64,000 bases of DNA from assembly GCF_009914755.1 (NCBI RefSeq), contig NC_060940.1. One strand, written 5' to 3'. The notes beneath the pieces are model-generated. The model had not been told where the DNA came from and ran no database searches. It saw only the letters and a list, made by a program, of their open reading frames with translations. Below, piece by piece: positions 17,050 to 32,689 of this stretch. Numbering within the stretch: the stretch's first letter is position 1; each line of letters starts with the position of its first letter. Both the position numbers and the translations under genes were made by a program. Origin of the DNA: the human T2T-CHM13v2.0 reference genome, Homo sapiens.

Positions 17050-17608
17050 TATCAAGTTGTTTATTTCGTTCTCAGGGCAAGCTGGGCTCTTAGAATTTCC
17101 GCTGATGGAACTCAAGATTTTCCTTTATTTCCATGCTTGGCAGGGAGCAGGGTGGGTGTGTCTGCAGGCATCCAAGAGGGACCCCTGCTTCATCTCAACA
17201 GGTATCAGTGGCCTTATATGCCTTTAGCATGGAGATGTAACCACAGAAGCATCCCAAACTGGCCCTACTCTGTTGATAACAGAACATTCACTGTCAGGTT
17301 ACCTTTTATGTCTAAGAGAACCAAAATTCAAGTCATGTAGCCCAGGCATGCAATAGAAAATGTATTGACCTCTAACAATACCCAAAACCAATGTTTCCTC
17401 CCTGCAGAACCAAGAAGACAGACATGTCCAGAGCCCAGGAGAAGAACCTGAATGCTGGAACCCTTTCAGAAGAAAAGGTTCCTCTGAGCCCTTCTCAGAA
17501 GGGGTCTGTTGGCCAGGAAAATCCAGTGCTGAAATTTGCTTGAACATACCTTACTGTAAATGGTCAAATTTGAAGACCTCCAATCAGACTCTGCCAAGCC
17601 AACATTCC

Positions 17609-18425
<817 letters not shown>

Positions 18426-18617
18426 ATCCTTTCCCTTGCTCTCCCACCCCTTTAAAACTTGCCCAGACTCCAAACTGGGGAGACAGATTTGAGTCACACC
18501 TCCTGCCTCCTTCCTGACTTTTCTCAAAAGTCAGTGCCATCTTATTGGCTTTTATGTGCATCCGGCAGCAAGCCCATTACTCAGTAACAGACGGAGTTGT
18601 TAAGAGCTAAGAGTTTG

Positions 18618-18918
18618 GGCTGTGCGTAGTGGCTCATGCCTGTAATCCCTGCACTTTGGGAGGCTGAGGCAGGAGGATCACCTCAAGCCAGGAGTTCGAG
18701 ACCACCCTGGCCAACATGGTGAAACCCCCATCTCCACTAAAAATACAAAAATTAGCCGGTCGTGGGGGTGGGTGCCTATAATCCCAGCTACTCAGGAGGC
18801 TGAGGCAGGAGAATCACTTGAACCCACAGGGTGGACAATGCAGTGAGCCAAGATCGCGCCACTGCCCTCCAGCCTGGGACAGACTGAAACTCCATCCCCC
18901 AACCCCCCAAAAAAAACA
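18618..18918 (+). mobile_element. AluS with C-rich tail
   Basis: TSD aagagctaagagtttgg. Confidence 0.92.
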
Positions 18919-18994
18919 AGAGCTAAGAGTTTGGACATTTACCCTTCTCCCTTTTAGCTCCCCCAAAATTTGTTTTCCCTTCTGTGTTCTCTAA

Positions 18995-20221
18995 TGTTGG
19001 GGTCCAGAAACCAATACCCCAAAACACAGCACTTTGACATGCTGAACTGAATAAGTCTCAAGGTTTTTCTGACCTTCCCTGACCCCCAACCCCATCGTCT
19101 CTTCCAAAACACAGGAGGAAGTTGAAATTCCCTTATCTACCTAAAATCTGGGTTTACTGAGGAGAATAATTATTTTTTTCTTCCCCTCCCTGTAAGATCA
19201 AAAACGTAAGCATACCAGAACAGACCTTTCACAAAATAATGTCTGTCCAAGAGAACTATTTACAAGTTAATCTCTGTTCCTGGATCCATTCATTCTCCCT
19301 AGTAATCCTTTATTGCTCCCCAACAGAATTCCTCTTCTTTCTCTCATAACCTGATTTTCCAGGATCCAAGCCCCACTCTTTCCGTAACCTTAAGATGGAA
19401 TCGAAGATTCTGAACTCCTTTGGGGATAGGTAATCACCTGTGGCTCTCCCCAGTGTACACATTAATACATTTTAAATGTCTTTTCTCCAATTAATCTGCC
19501 TTTTGTGAGTTGGTTTTTCAGTGAACCTTCAGAGGGTGAAAGTGTTAGAGTTGGTAGACAGACATGAGCAAGGCAGGATAGAGCCCCAAGGAATGTCAGG
19601 TAAAGTCAGGTGACTGTCGTGTACCTCTTCAGGAGGCACCAGGGAGGGGAAAATTTCCTAACAAACAGGAAACATCTTGAGCTTGTAGGTAACAACTTCC
19701 CAATACGATCTTAGGAAATGAGCAGACACATCCAGGTATGCACAGCAGAGAACAAAACGGTGGAGTTTGACCAGTATCTGACCTTCCTCTGGGAGTGCTA
19801 GACTGGTAAGGGAGAATTGCCCTAAGAGAGCATGCACGTAACTTCAACCACCAAATGGCATATGCATTCCTCCTAGATACTGACAAGACACTGTGCATGC
19901 AGTGATTAGCCAACAGCCTGCCCAAGGGGAAGCTACTGGAAAAAACAAACAAACAAAACAAACAAACAAACTAAAAACAGGAAATAGTAAGTCTATAAAA
20001 GCCCTAAACCAAAGATCAGGTGGGGCACTCAATCTTTCAAGTTGCCCACTTGCTCCCTTCCAAGTGTACTTTTCGTTGCTTCAATAATCTCTCATTTCTA
20101 TCTTAAATTTTTTTCTGTCTCTTGGCAAATTCTTTCCTCCAAGAAGACAAGAACCAAGGACCATGGACCCCACCCAGACTTGCTGCTCTAATAAGAGGGA
20201 AGCTTTCTCTTGGCCCCGACA
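18995..20221 (+). mobile_element. MER39(B)-like solo LTR interrupted by MER50
   Basis: tgttggggtccagaaaccaataccccaaaa...ttggccccgaca; perfect TSD ctaa/ctaa. Confidence 0.8.
19543..20193 (+). mobile_element. MER50-like solo LTR
   Basis: tgttagagttggtagacagacatgagcaaggcagg start; TATA-like ctataaaa and downstream R/U5. Confidence 0.75.
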
Positions 20222-20727
20222 CTAATGGAATGAGAATTCCACCCAGTCACCTAAGCTCAAAGCCCTAAAGTCCTCTTAGACTCCTCCCCGTCTATCAGAT
20301 ACTTGAAAATCTCTTGGTTTTTACCTCCTAAATACCTTGCCCTTCTATCTCATTTTCCTACATCTCCTTTGCTGACACCTTATTTATGGCTACCATCATC
20401 TCTCTTATGCAGTCACAATAGTCTGTTTTATTTATTCTTTGAAAATTATTTTTAATTGCAGAAAATATGAATATATTATCATTTTTAAACATTCAAACAA
20501 TATAGATAATCAAAAATTCAATAGTTAACCATGGTAATCAGCTGGGAGTGTTCCAGATATTTTCTATGCATATCTATACAGAAATTGTTTTTGGATGAAT
20601 TTTTTTTAACATAAATGGTCCCATAAATGATTTTGTCTCTTTTTTTTCTCTACAATACGTCTTGAAGATTTTCCGTGTCAGTATATAGAGAACCACCTAA
20701 TTTGGGCTGCTAGATAGTATTCTCTGG

Positions 20728-20970
20728 TGTGACAGGCACCCTCTAAGATGAGTCCTGCTTCCTGTTTTCTGGTATTTACAGCCTTGTGTAATCCCCTCTG
20801 GGTGTGTCTGTGAGGGTATTTCCGGAAGAAATTAACATTTGAATCAGTAGACTAAAAAAGATCCACCCTCTTCCATGTGGATGGGCATCATCCAATCTGT
20901 TGAAGGCCCAAATAGAAAAAAAAGGCAGAAGAAGGGTGAATTTTCTCTCACTCTGCTCAGGCTGACATGT
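20728..20970 (+). mobile_element. Adjacent MLT1 and MLT2 LTR fragments
   Basis: tgtgacaggcaccctctaagatg (MLT1-like) joined to ctgggtgtgtctgtgagggtatttccggaag (MLT2-like). Confidence 0.55.
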
Positions 20971-21035
20971 CCATGGCTTTTAAATTTCAAGTGAAAACAA
21001 AAGTAAGTAGCTGAAAACATTCAAGAAAATAAGGT

Positions 21036-21228
21036 ATACAAAAATTAGCTGGGTGTGGTAGTCCCAGCTACTCGGGAAGCTGAGGTGGGAGGATCACTGG
21101 AATCATGGGAGTCAAGGCTGCCATGAGCCATGATCATGAGACTGCACTCCAGCCTGGATGACAGAGCAAGACTCTGTCTCAAAAAAAAAAAAAAAAAAAA
21201 GAAAGGAAAAGAAAAAAAAAAAGAAAAA
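21036..21228 (+). mobile_element. Alu right-arm fragment (AluJ/FRAM)
   Basis: Begins at tacaaaaattagct; long A-rich tail. Confidence 0.85.
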
Positions 21229-21278
21229 GTATGGAGTGGTGAGACTTGCCTTACCAGATATTAAAATTTACAATAACA

Positions 21279-21572
21279 GGCTGGGCAAGGTGGCTCACAC
21301 CTGTAATCCCAGCATTTTGGGAGGCCGAGATGGGTGGATCACTTTAGGTCAGGAGTTCAAGATCAGCCTGGCCAACATGGTGAAACCCCGTCTCTACTGA
21401 AAATACAAAAATTAGACAAACAGGGTGGTGCACACTTGTAATCCCAGCTACTTGGGAGGCTGAGGCAGGAGAATCACTTTAGCCCAAGAGACAGAGGTTA
21501 TAGTGAGCCGAGATTGCGCCACTGCACTCCAGCCTGGGTGACAGAGGGAGACTCCATCTCAAAAAAAAAAAA
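21279..21572 (+). mobile_element. AluS
   Basis: TSD aaaatttacaataaca/aaaatttgcaataaca. Confidence 0.92.
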
Positions 21573-21634
21573 TTTGCAATAACATATTGTAATCAAAACA
21601 ATACCATAAACTACATCAAAAGACAAATGAATGT

Positions 21635-21820
21635 GAAGTGCAGTGGTACATGCCTATAGTCCCAGCTACACAGGAGGCTGAGGCAGGAAAATCTGCTTGA
21701 ACCCAGGAGTTCAAAAGTTTGTGGCTGTAGTGCACTATGATTGCACCTGTGAATCGCCACTGCTCTCCATCCTGAAGAACATAGCAAGGCTCTGTCTCAA
21801 AAAAGAAATAAAAATAAAAA
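21635..21820 (+). mobile_element. Free Alu monomer (FRAM/FAM-like)
   Basis: ggctgtagtgcactatgattgcacctgtgaatcgccactgc. Confidence 0.8.
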
Positions 21821-21867
21821 GACAAACAACGTTCTGATACTGACCTAGAGCTATGTAAGATGTTACC

Positions 21868-22604
<737 letters not shown>

Positions 22605-23460
22605 TTACCCTTGAGGGAAGCTGGGTTAAGGGCACCTGGGTCTCTCTGTACCAGTTTCACAACTTCCTATTCTATTAACCTCTAATTATTTCTAAATAAA
22701 AAGGGTTTTATAAAAGACATGATAATCTGGTGAGACGAGAGAACTTCTGCAAAATGGATGCATAAATATTAACAATTACTAATATTCAAAGAACTTTTAC
22801 TAGTTGAAAAGAAAAAGACAACTGAATAGCAGGCAATTCACATAAGGGTATCTGCAAATTGTCACTAGACAGAATAAGATACTCAACATAGGTAGCAGTC
22901 AAGGAAAGGTAAATTAAATCAGCCTTTTTTTCACCCATTATATTTGCCAAATTTTACAAACAAAAGATCAATAATGTCCAGCTCTGGCTGACAGTGTTGA
23001 GAAATAGGAATTGCTACAATCTGTTAGAAACGTAACTGAAAAACACCTATTAAAACTAGAACTGCAAACATCCATTGACCCAGAGTTTCTACCTTTCTAA
23101 ATCTGTTTTAGTGAAAGTCTCGATATACCCAGGAATATTCTCAAGGAGCCTTACCATAGTAATTGTATTATTGTCAAAAACAAAAAGCAATCTGAAGTCC
23201 ACCAATGGGAGAATGGTTGAATAAACAAAAGAGTTAATCTAATTCGTTTAGAGGGAAAAGGGCAAGTTGCAGAGCAATAAGTATATAATGCCATTTTTGT
23301 AATCCACGCCAGATCAAATAAGCAAACCAATCAACCCTGCATAAAAGAAAGGTGTTACTCCTCACTACTAGCTCTGGTTACCTCCAGGATAGGAGAAGAC
23401 AGGAATTATTACCTTTCCATTCTTTTTAAATCACTTTTTTAATTCTTTAAAATAAACATG

Positions 23461-23726
23461 GGCCGGGCACAGTGGCTCACGCCTGTAATCCCAGCACTTT
23501 GGGAGGCTGAGGCGGGTGGAGCACCTGAGGTCAGGAGTTGGAGACCAGCTTGGCCAGCATGGTGAAACACAAAAATTAGCCAGGTATGGTGGTGGGCGCC
23601 TATAATCTCAGCTACCTGGGAGGCTGAGGCAGGAGAATCTCTTGAACCCAGGAGGTGGAGGTTGTGGTGAACTGAGATAGCGCCACTGTACTCCAGCCTG
23701 GGTGACAGAGAGAGACCCTGTCTCAA
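23461..23726 (+). mobile_element. AluS with internal deletion, no obvious TSD
   Basis: ggtgaaac|acaaaaattagcc junction; the tail runs directly into MER44. Confidence 0.9.
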
Positions 23727-24594
23727 TAATGATAATAATACAAGAGAACAATTATAACAATATATTATAAAAAAAGTTATGTAAATATGTCATCTCTCTC
23801 TCTCTAAATATCTTTTTGTTTGTTTGTTTATATTTTGAGACAGGATCTCGCTCTGTTGCCCAGGCTGGAGCGCAGTGATTCAATCACAGCCATAGCTCAC
23901 TGTAGCCTTGAACTCCCTGGCTCAAGAGATCCTCCCACCTCAGCCTCTCAAGTAGCTGAGACTACAGGCACGTGTCACTATGCCTAGCTAAATTGTTTTA
24001 CTATTTTTAGCAGAGACAAGGTCACCATGTTGCCCAGGCTGGTTTCGAACTCCTGAGCTCAAGTGATCCTCCCACCTCAGCCTCCCAAGTGCTGGGATTA
24101 CAGGCATAAACCACCATTCCCAGCCTCAAAATAACTTATTGTACTGTACTTACCCTTCTTGTAATAATATAAGATAAATACAATGCCTACTTGATGAGAT
24201 GAAGTGATGTGAATGACGTTAAGTATTGTGAAGTAGCTTTAGCTTCTATTGGCTTTCTGGAGATATGTCAGAAGGAGGGTCATCTGCTTCAGGAGATCCT
24301 GAATCATTGAGCCATGATGATGTCTATGGTTGAGTGTCTGGAGCAGACCGTGTCGATGACTAGTGGTGGATAGCATACAGAGTGTGGATACGCTGGACAA
24401 AGGGATGACTCATGTTCCAAGTAAGATGGAATAGGACAACAAGAGATTTCATCAAGCTACCTAGAACAGCATGCAATTTTAAACTTATAAATTGTTTCCT
24501 TCTAGAATTTTCCATTTAATATTTTCAGACCACAGTTGACTGACCATAGGTAACTGAGATCACAGAAAGTGAAATCTCAGATAAGGGAGACTAC
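23727..24594 (+). mobile_element. MER44 (Tigger7-derived) lacking its 5' end, interrupted by AluJ
   Basis: gaacaattataacaata...ttattgtactgtact...gataagggagactact terminal repeat. Confidence 0.8.
23812..24125 (-). mobile_element. AluJ
   Basis: AluJ consensus. Confidence 0.9.
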
Positions 24595-24704
24595 TTGATG
24601 GAGATAAATACTGTGATGAGCATTGATCTCAGATAGAGTAACTCCATCTGAGTTCTTTTTGTCTGTGCTACAAAACAAAAAATAAGCCCTATGAAAGTTA
24701 AAGC

Positions 24705-25097
24705 TGTTAAATAAAATTCACGGCAGGCCATTGTTTTGGACTGAGTTCCAACAGACCAGACCAAACCAGAATGGAGTCAGTCATGCTAGGCGCCACATAA
24801 TCAAGATGAACTTACAAAGGGGCCAGTCTTCTGCAAAAATAGGACGTTCACTGCAACCAATCCAAAGGGGCCCAGTAAACCTGAGCCTACATTCTAAGGA
24901 AGTCCCCACTGCTTTAACCCTACAAGGGAAGTAACTTCAAGTAACCTGATGTTAACCAATCCACTTTTTGCACTATACTGATTTCCTGTTCCTGCTCAAG
25001 CTACTTTACAAAAGCCAACCGCCCTGTCATGCCTGGCAAAGCATCTTTCTATTTCATTGATGGGACGCTGCCCAATTCATGATTCTGTTCTTTGACA
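24705..25097 (+). mobile_element. ERV1 solo LTR (MER57/MER93-like)
   Basis: tgttaaataaaatt...ggccattgttttggactgag...tttgaca; perfect TSD aagc. Confidence 0.75.
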
Positions 25098-26124
25098 AAG
25101 CCTTACGTATAGTCTCACCACTGTATCTCCATCGCCTGACAAAAGACCAGCACACAGTAACTGAAGAATACATATTTATTGAATAAGAATAAAAGATGTG
25201 TACATGATGCTAACTGAGATGCAGATGAGAAGGAATTCTGAAAACAGGGAAAAGCTTTACAAAAATAGGTGATTTCTAAAATTTAGACTGAGAAACAGTT
25301 GTCAAATTTTGGCAGGCAGAGAAGGGGACTGAAGGGAAAACCAAAGGTCCAGCATGAGCAACACAGAAGAGTGTTGAAGTGTGGGTTAACTTCCCTGAGT
25401 TGATGAAGCTGCTCTTCTGGAGTCATCCTGGTATAATCATTACGCATATGTTTTTCTGAGCCCATCTCACTGAATATTCAGAAAGTGATTTGAGGCCTAA
25501 GCAGCTCATAGTTGGCAAAGAACAACTGCATTAATCTTCAGCTGCTGTGAAAAGTGCCCCCCAATAAAGCCGGGTGCAATGTGAGTTTGGACAATTTCTC
25601 CTTGGGGTTTGGGTGTTTTTGAATGCATGCCCGGAGGCTACTAAAGTAAATCCCTTTTTAGAATCTAAACAAACACACAGGAAGGCGAGGGGAGTCAGAG
25701 GCAATGGCAATGGCTCTCAGGGGATTTTGGTTGACGGAAAAGATATCTGGATCGGGGAGGAGAGGGACGCTGGTGACAGTCAGAGGACTTAGCTCAAAGT
25801 CCTTTACCGAACCTCCTGCCTGCTTCTCCAGGAGACAATTAAGCAAAACCTCCCTTTCTTCTGTCTGGGACCCCACAGAAGATCCAAATAAGGCTCCACA
25901 TGGGACAGCATAATTCAACTGGGAGAACCTGCAGCCCTCTCCTCCTGCAAGGAGTAAACCAGATAGGACAAGAGATCATTTAGAAGAGAAACTATACTTG
26001 TTCTTGATATTATACGGTGCTTCAAGTTCAAGGTGATTCAGAGTCTTAAATTCTCAACCCTGAGTCTTAAATCTCAGAGTAATGCTCAACTTTTCTTCTC
26101 CCCCCCACTGCCAAACCCTACTGA

Positions 26125-26433
<309 letters not shown>

Positions 26434-26439
26434 TCTTCT

Positions 26440-29250
26440 TTTCAATTATTTTATTGTAGTAAAATATACATAACATAAAACTTACCATCCTATAAGTTTT
26501 TAAGTGTACAGTTGAGTCATATTAAATACATTCATAATGTGCAACCATCACCACCATCCATCTCCGTAACTCTTTTCATCTTGCAAAACTGAAACTCTAT
26601 ACCCATTAAACAATAACTCCTATTTCTGCCATGCCCCAACCCCCGCCCCAGTCCCTGGCAACCACCATTCTACTTTTTTAAATTTTTTAAATTTTTAATT
26701 TTTGTGGCTACATAGTAGGTGTATATATTTATGGGGTATGTGAGATGTTTGGTACAGGCATGCAATGCATAGTAATCTCATCATGGAAAATGGTGTATCC
26801 ACCCTTCAAGCATTTATCCTTTGCATTACAAACAATCCAATTATATTCTTTTAATTATTTTTAAACGTACAATTAAATTATTATTGACTATAGTCACCCA
26901 GTTGTGCTATGAAATACTAGGCCTTATTTAATTCTTTGTAAGTATACTTTTTTTGCCCATTAACTACCCCCACCCCTCACTACCTTTCCCAGTCTCTGGT
27001 AACCATACTTCTACTCTCTATCTCCATGAGTTCAATTGTTTTGATTTTTGGATACCACATGTAAGTGGGAACATGCAATGTTTGTCTTTCTGTGCTGGCT
27101 TATTTCACTTAGCATAAGGACCTCCAGTTCTATCCATGTTTTTGTAAGTGACAGGATCTCATTCTTTTTTGTAGCTGAATAGTACTCCATTGTGTACATT
27201 TTCTTTATCCATTCATCTGCTGATGGACACTTAGGTTGCTTCCAAATCTTAGCTATTGTGAACAGTGCTGCAAAAAAACATGGGACTGCAGATATCTCTT
27301 TCACACAGCGATTTCCTTTCTTTTGGTTATATACCCAGCAGTGGGATTACTGGATCATATGGTAGCTCTATTTTTAGATTTTTGAGGAATCTCCAAACTG
27401 TTCTTCATAGCGGTTGTATTATTTAACATTTCCATCAACAGTGTACAAGGATTTCCTTTTCTCCACAACCTCCTGTCTTTTGGATATAAGCCATTTTAAC
27501 TGGGGTGAGATGATATCTTGTTGTAGTTTTGATTTGCATTTCTTTGATGACCAATGGTGTTGAGCATCTTTTCATATGCCTGTTTGTTATTTGTATGTCT
27601 TCTTTTGAGAAATGTCTATTTTAATCTTTTCCCATTTTTTAATTGGATACTTAGATTTTTTCATATAGATCGTTTGTGCTCTTTATATATTCTGGTTATT
27701 AATCCCTTGTCAGATGGGTAGTTTGTAAACATTTCCTCCCATTCCATGGGTTGTCTCTTCACTTTGATTGCATCCTTTGCTGCGCAGAGGCTTTCTAACT
27801 TGATGATCCCATTTGTCCATTTTTGCTCTGGTTGCCTGTGCTTGTGGAGTATTACTCAGGAATTTTTTGCCCAGACCAGTTTCCTGGAGAGTTCCTCCAA
27901 TGTTTCCTTGTAGTAGTTTCATAGTGTGAGGTCTTACATTTAAGTCTTTAATCTATTTTGATTTGATTTTTGTATATGGTGAGAGATAGGGGTCTAGTTC
28001 CACTCTTTTGCATACGAATATCCAGTTTTCCCAGCACCATTTATTAAAAAGACTATATTTTCCCCATTGTATCTTCTTTGTACCCTTGTTGAAAATGAGC
28101 TCACTGTAGGTGTGTGGATTTGTTTCTGGATTCTCTATTCTGTTCCACTGGACTATGTGTCTGTTTTTAGACCAGTACCTGGTCTGGTTTTAGACCAGTG
28201 CTGTTTTTGTTACTATTGCTCTGTAGTACAATTTGAAGTCTGGTAATATGATTCCTTCAGTTTTGTTCTTTTTGCTTAGGATAGCTTTGGCTATTCTGCA
28301 TCTTTTGTGGTTCTATATAAGTTTTAGGATTGTTTTTTCTATTTTTGTAAAGAATGACATTGGTATTTTGATAGGGATTACATTGAACATTGAATCTGTA
28401 GATTGCTTTGCGTAGTATGGACATTTATACGATATTGATTCTTTCAATCCATGAACATGGAATATCTTTCCATTTTTGGTGTCCTCTTCAATTTCTTTCA
28501 TCAATGTTTCCATTATAGAGATTTTTCACTTCTTTGGTTAATTCCTAGATAATTATTTTTTGTGGCTATTGTAAATGGTATTGGTATTACTTTACAAATT
28601 TCTTTCTCAGATTGTTCACTGTTGGCATATAAAATGCTACTGATTTTTGTTGTTGGTTCTAATAGTTTTTTTGGTGGAGTCTTTAGGTTTTTCCAAATAT
28701 AATATCAAATCATCTGCAAACAAGGATAATTTGACTTCTTCCTTTCCAATTTGGATACCGTTTATTTCTTCCTCTTTTCTGATTGCCCTAATCAGGACTT
28801 CTATACTATGTTGAATAACAGTACTGAAAGTGGGCATCCTTGTCATGTTCTAGGTCTTAGAAGAAATGCTTTCAGTTTTCCTCCATTCAGTATGATACTA
28901 GCTGTGGGTCTGTCATATATGACTTTTATTATGTCATTCTACCTTCTGTCTCTATGATTTTGACTACTCTAAGTACCTCAAAAAGTAGATTCATATAGTA
29001 TTTATCTTTTTGTGACTGGCTTATTTCACTTAGCAAAATGTCCTCAAGGTCCATCAACGTTGTGGCATATTGCAGAATTTCCTTCCTTTTTAAGGCTAAG
29101 TAATATTCTGTTGTAGGCTATAACACAGTTTGCTTATCCATTCATTCATCAAAGGACACTTGGGTTGCTTCCATGTTTTAGCTATTGCAAATAATGCTGC
29201 TATGAACATGAGTGTACAAATACCTCCTTAAGACCCTGCTTTCAATTCCA
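26440..29250 (-). mobile_element. L1MB-like 3' end interrupted by L1MA
   Basis: catacataacataaaac-type 3' terminus; resumes at 28935 cattctaccttctgtctctatg. Confidence 0.8.
26675..28934 (-). mobile_element. L1MA-like 5'-truncated L1 (~2.3 kb) with decayed ORF2 RT fragments
   Basis: ORF fragments [25 protein letters not shown] and AALFTIAKIWKQPKCPS are L1 ORF2; TSD cattctac. Confidence 0.9.
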
Positions 29251-29609
29251 GTTCTCATGAGTGTATAACCAGAATTCAAACCCTTTTGATTCTTACTAGT
29301 GTTCCTAACCCCTGCCCTTCAGGGATGGCAGGTTTTCCATAGATTAGAGGAAATTCACACTTTGGGCAGGGGTGGGGTAGTGTTCTGATCTTAGACAAGG
29401 AGACTGAAAATCAAGGACTGGAAAAAGTGAGAGGGCCAGTGAATAGTACAGAAAACAGTGAAGTAAAAATGACATCAGTCAACATTTCCTTGTCCTGAAT
29501 ATTGGGTAGGGTTTCCTTTGGGCGTGCAGGTAGCTAGTTTATTTTTGTTTGTTTTTGTATACAAGATTATTTCTCTCCTCTCAGAAGGCATGGCTACACA
29601 ATCTTTTTG

Positions 29610-29785
29610 TATTTTATTTTATTTTACTTTATTTTATTTTATTTTATTTTATTTTTATTGTGAAGATGGGTATGGCAAGTCTCCCTATGTCATCGAGGTT
29701 GATCTTAAACTCCTGGCCTCAAGTGATCCTACTGCCTTGGCCTCACAAAGCTCTGGGATTACAGGCGTGAACCACTATGCCAGCA
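29610..29785 (-). mobile_element. FLAM/Alu left monomer with (ATTTT)n tail
   Basis: TSD acaatcttt. Confidence 0.8.
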
Positions 29786-29990
29786 CAATCTTTGTTTATT
29801 TCATATGGTACTCAGCTGAGGCTCACTTCCTTATTGCTCAAGGCATTGCTAAAGCAAAAGGGTGCAGCCATAGAGAAGGAACTCCATGAACAGGAAAATG
29901 ACCTTAAAGAGAGAAGACCTTATTCAAAATTTTTAATGCAAGTAGAATCAGGAAAAAGCAGATTGGTTATCATAGAAAAATTGATGAGCA

Positions 29991-30325
29991 GGTCAGGTGT
30001 GGTGGCTCATGCCAGCAATCCCAGCACATTGGGAGGCCAAGGCAGGTCAATTGCTGGAGCTCAGTAGTTCAAGACCAGCCTGGGCAACATAGTGAAATGT
30101 CACCTTTACCAAAAATAAAAATTAAAAAAATTAGCCAAGCATGGTGGCACATGCCTGTTGTCCCAGCTACTCGGGAGGCTGAGGTAGGAGGAGGATGGCT
30201 TGAGGACAGGAGGCAGAGGTTACAGTGAGCCAAGATAGTGCCACTGCACTCCAGCCTGGGTGACAGAGCCAGACTGTGTCTCAAAAAAAAAAATAAAAAA
30301 TAAAAATAAAAAAAAGAAAAAGAAA
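29991..30325 (+). mobile_element. AluJ
   Basis: Alu consensus. Confidence 0.9.
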
Positions 30326-30517
30326 TAAGTGACTCAAAAAAACAAGCTCAAAAAAATCTCCTGGAATCTCTTTATGTTTTTACAATAAAGAGATAAAAAT
30401 TATTAGAAAAAAGATAAAACATGAAAAATAGATATGCGACATCCAAAAATATATGTGTATTTGGCCACTTCAGAAAGAGAGAACAGAAAGGCCAAAGTAC
30501 AATATTCAGCAATTTAG

Positions 30518-30904
<387 letters not shown>

Positions 30905-31072
30905 TAACTGTGGAAACTTAGGCAACTTCTTACTCTCTACTTCAGTTTCTTAGTTTTATGAAAGGGGTTATAATAATTGTATTGATCTCTTAGGATACTT
31001 GGGAAATTATGTGAGGTGATGTTTGTAAAATATTTGCATGAGGCTAACACATAATAAACAATAAATGACACC

Positions 31073-31801
31073 TGGTATGGGATGAATTGTGTCCCCTCAA
31101 AATTCCTTTTTTGAAGCCCTAACACCCAGTCCCTCAGAATGTGACTGTATTTGAAGACAGGACCTTCAAAGAGGTAATTAAGTTCAAATGAGGCCAATAG
31201 AGTGAGTCATAATTCAATCTGACTGGAGGTTTTTTAAGAAGAGAAGGTTTGGACACACAAAGAGACACCAGGAGTCCAGGCACGGTGGCTCACACCTGTA
31301 ATCCCAGCACTTTGGGAAGCTAAGGTGGGTGGATCACCTGAGGTCAGGGGTTCAAGACCAGCCTGGCCAACATGGTGAAACCCTGCCTCTACTAAAATAT
31401 AAATAATTAGCTGGGCATGGTGGCAGGCGCCTATAGTCCCCCCAGCAACTTGGGAGGCTAAGGCAGGAGAATCACTTGAACCTGGAAGGCAGAGGTTGCA
31501 GTGCAGTGAGCCGAGATCATGCCACCGCACTCCAGCCTGGGTGACAGACACTCTATCTTAAAAGAGAGAGAGAGAGTAAGAGAGACACCAGGGATGCCCA
31601 TGCACAGAGGAAAGACCACAAGAAGACACAGCAGGAAGACAGCCGTTTGCAAGCCAAAGAGAGAGGCCTCAGAAGAAATCAACCCTCCTGACACCTTGAT
31701 CTTGAACTTCCAGACTCCAGAACTGCGAGAAAGTAAATGGCTGTTGTTTAAAGCACCCAGTCTGTAGTATTTTGATATGGCAGCCCCAGTGAACTAATAG
31801 G
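31073..31801 (+). mobile_element. MLT1B/C solo LTR with Alu
   Basis: tggtatgggatgaattgtgtcccc...gtttaaagcacccagtctgtagtattt...gaactaata. Confidence 0.85.
31274..31580 (+). mobile_element. AluS
   Basis: TSD agagacaccagg. Confidence 0.9.
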
Positions 31802-32525
31802 TCACTTATTGTTATTATTTTTAAATCCAGACGCAAAGCTGAAAACCAAGGTGCTCTTCGTTTTCTGTACTAATGAAGGTTCTCAGACCTATCGTGCAGA
31901 GGAAGCCAAAATCCACACTCCTTTCCAGTCCTGCACATTGGCTGGCTCGCTACAGAGACCATTGCAGAATGACTCATCCCTTTTATGGATTCAGTATAGG
32001 ATGCAGAGCTTGGTAGAGACCATCTGACAATTGCTATGAGTCAACAGCAGGGAAGTCCCTGCAATTCTATGACCTGTTCCATTCCCCAGCCCCCAGCTCC
32101 TCTGGGTGTGCCAAGACCATGTCACCCCAAAATAACACAGTTCTCCCTTGGTTTCCAAATCATCAGAATTGCCCTCCCATCACCCTCCTGAAGGTCAGAA
32201 GGTCAGATTCCATCAAAGACAACCACAGATGTGGTTTTAAAATAGTCCCTTCAGAAGCCCACAATTAAAACCTAATTACATATTCTTGCCAATTAGGGAA
32301 GGAGTTGCCCTCTCTAGTGATGGCAGAGTCCCCAAAAATCCATAATCTGAAAAAAGGATGTCTGCTCTCCCCTAACAAACCACTCTCCTTTCAATGGCAG
32401 ATAGCTTACAAACCTCTGCCATTATTTGTAACCTTGAAGAGCTATTTAACCTCTGACCCTGATGAATTATCTTTAAAATGGTGCTAACAACGCCCACTGT
32501 TTGAAAGATCAAATGAGATCATTCA

Positions 32526-32680
32526 GGGTACTATGCTCACTTCCTGGGTGACAGGTTGTACTCCAAACCTCAGCACCACGCAATATACCCATTTAACAAA
32601 CCTGTGCATGTACCCCCTGAATCTAAAATAAAAGTTGAAATTACAAAATAGAAAATAAAGACGACAGCAACTTTTTTAAT
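32526..32680 (+). mobile_element. Short L1P/L1MA 3'-terminal insertion
   Basis: aacaaacctgtgcatgtaccccctgaatctaaaataaaagttg; TSD agatcattca. Confidence 0.8.
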
Positions 32681-32689
32681 AAGATCATT

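Noticed and set aside
27032-28846. Reverse-transcriptase-like ORFs (LFADD motif)
   Set aside because: Short frameshifted remnants of L1 ORF2 in a 5'-truncated L1MA; not an intact or novel RT system.
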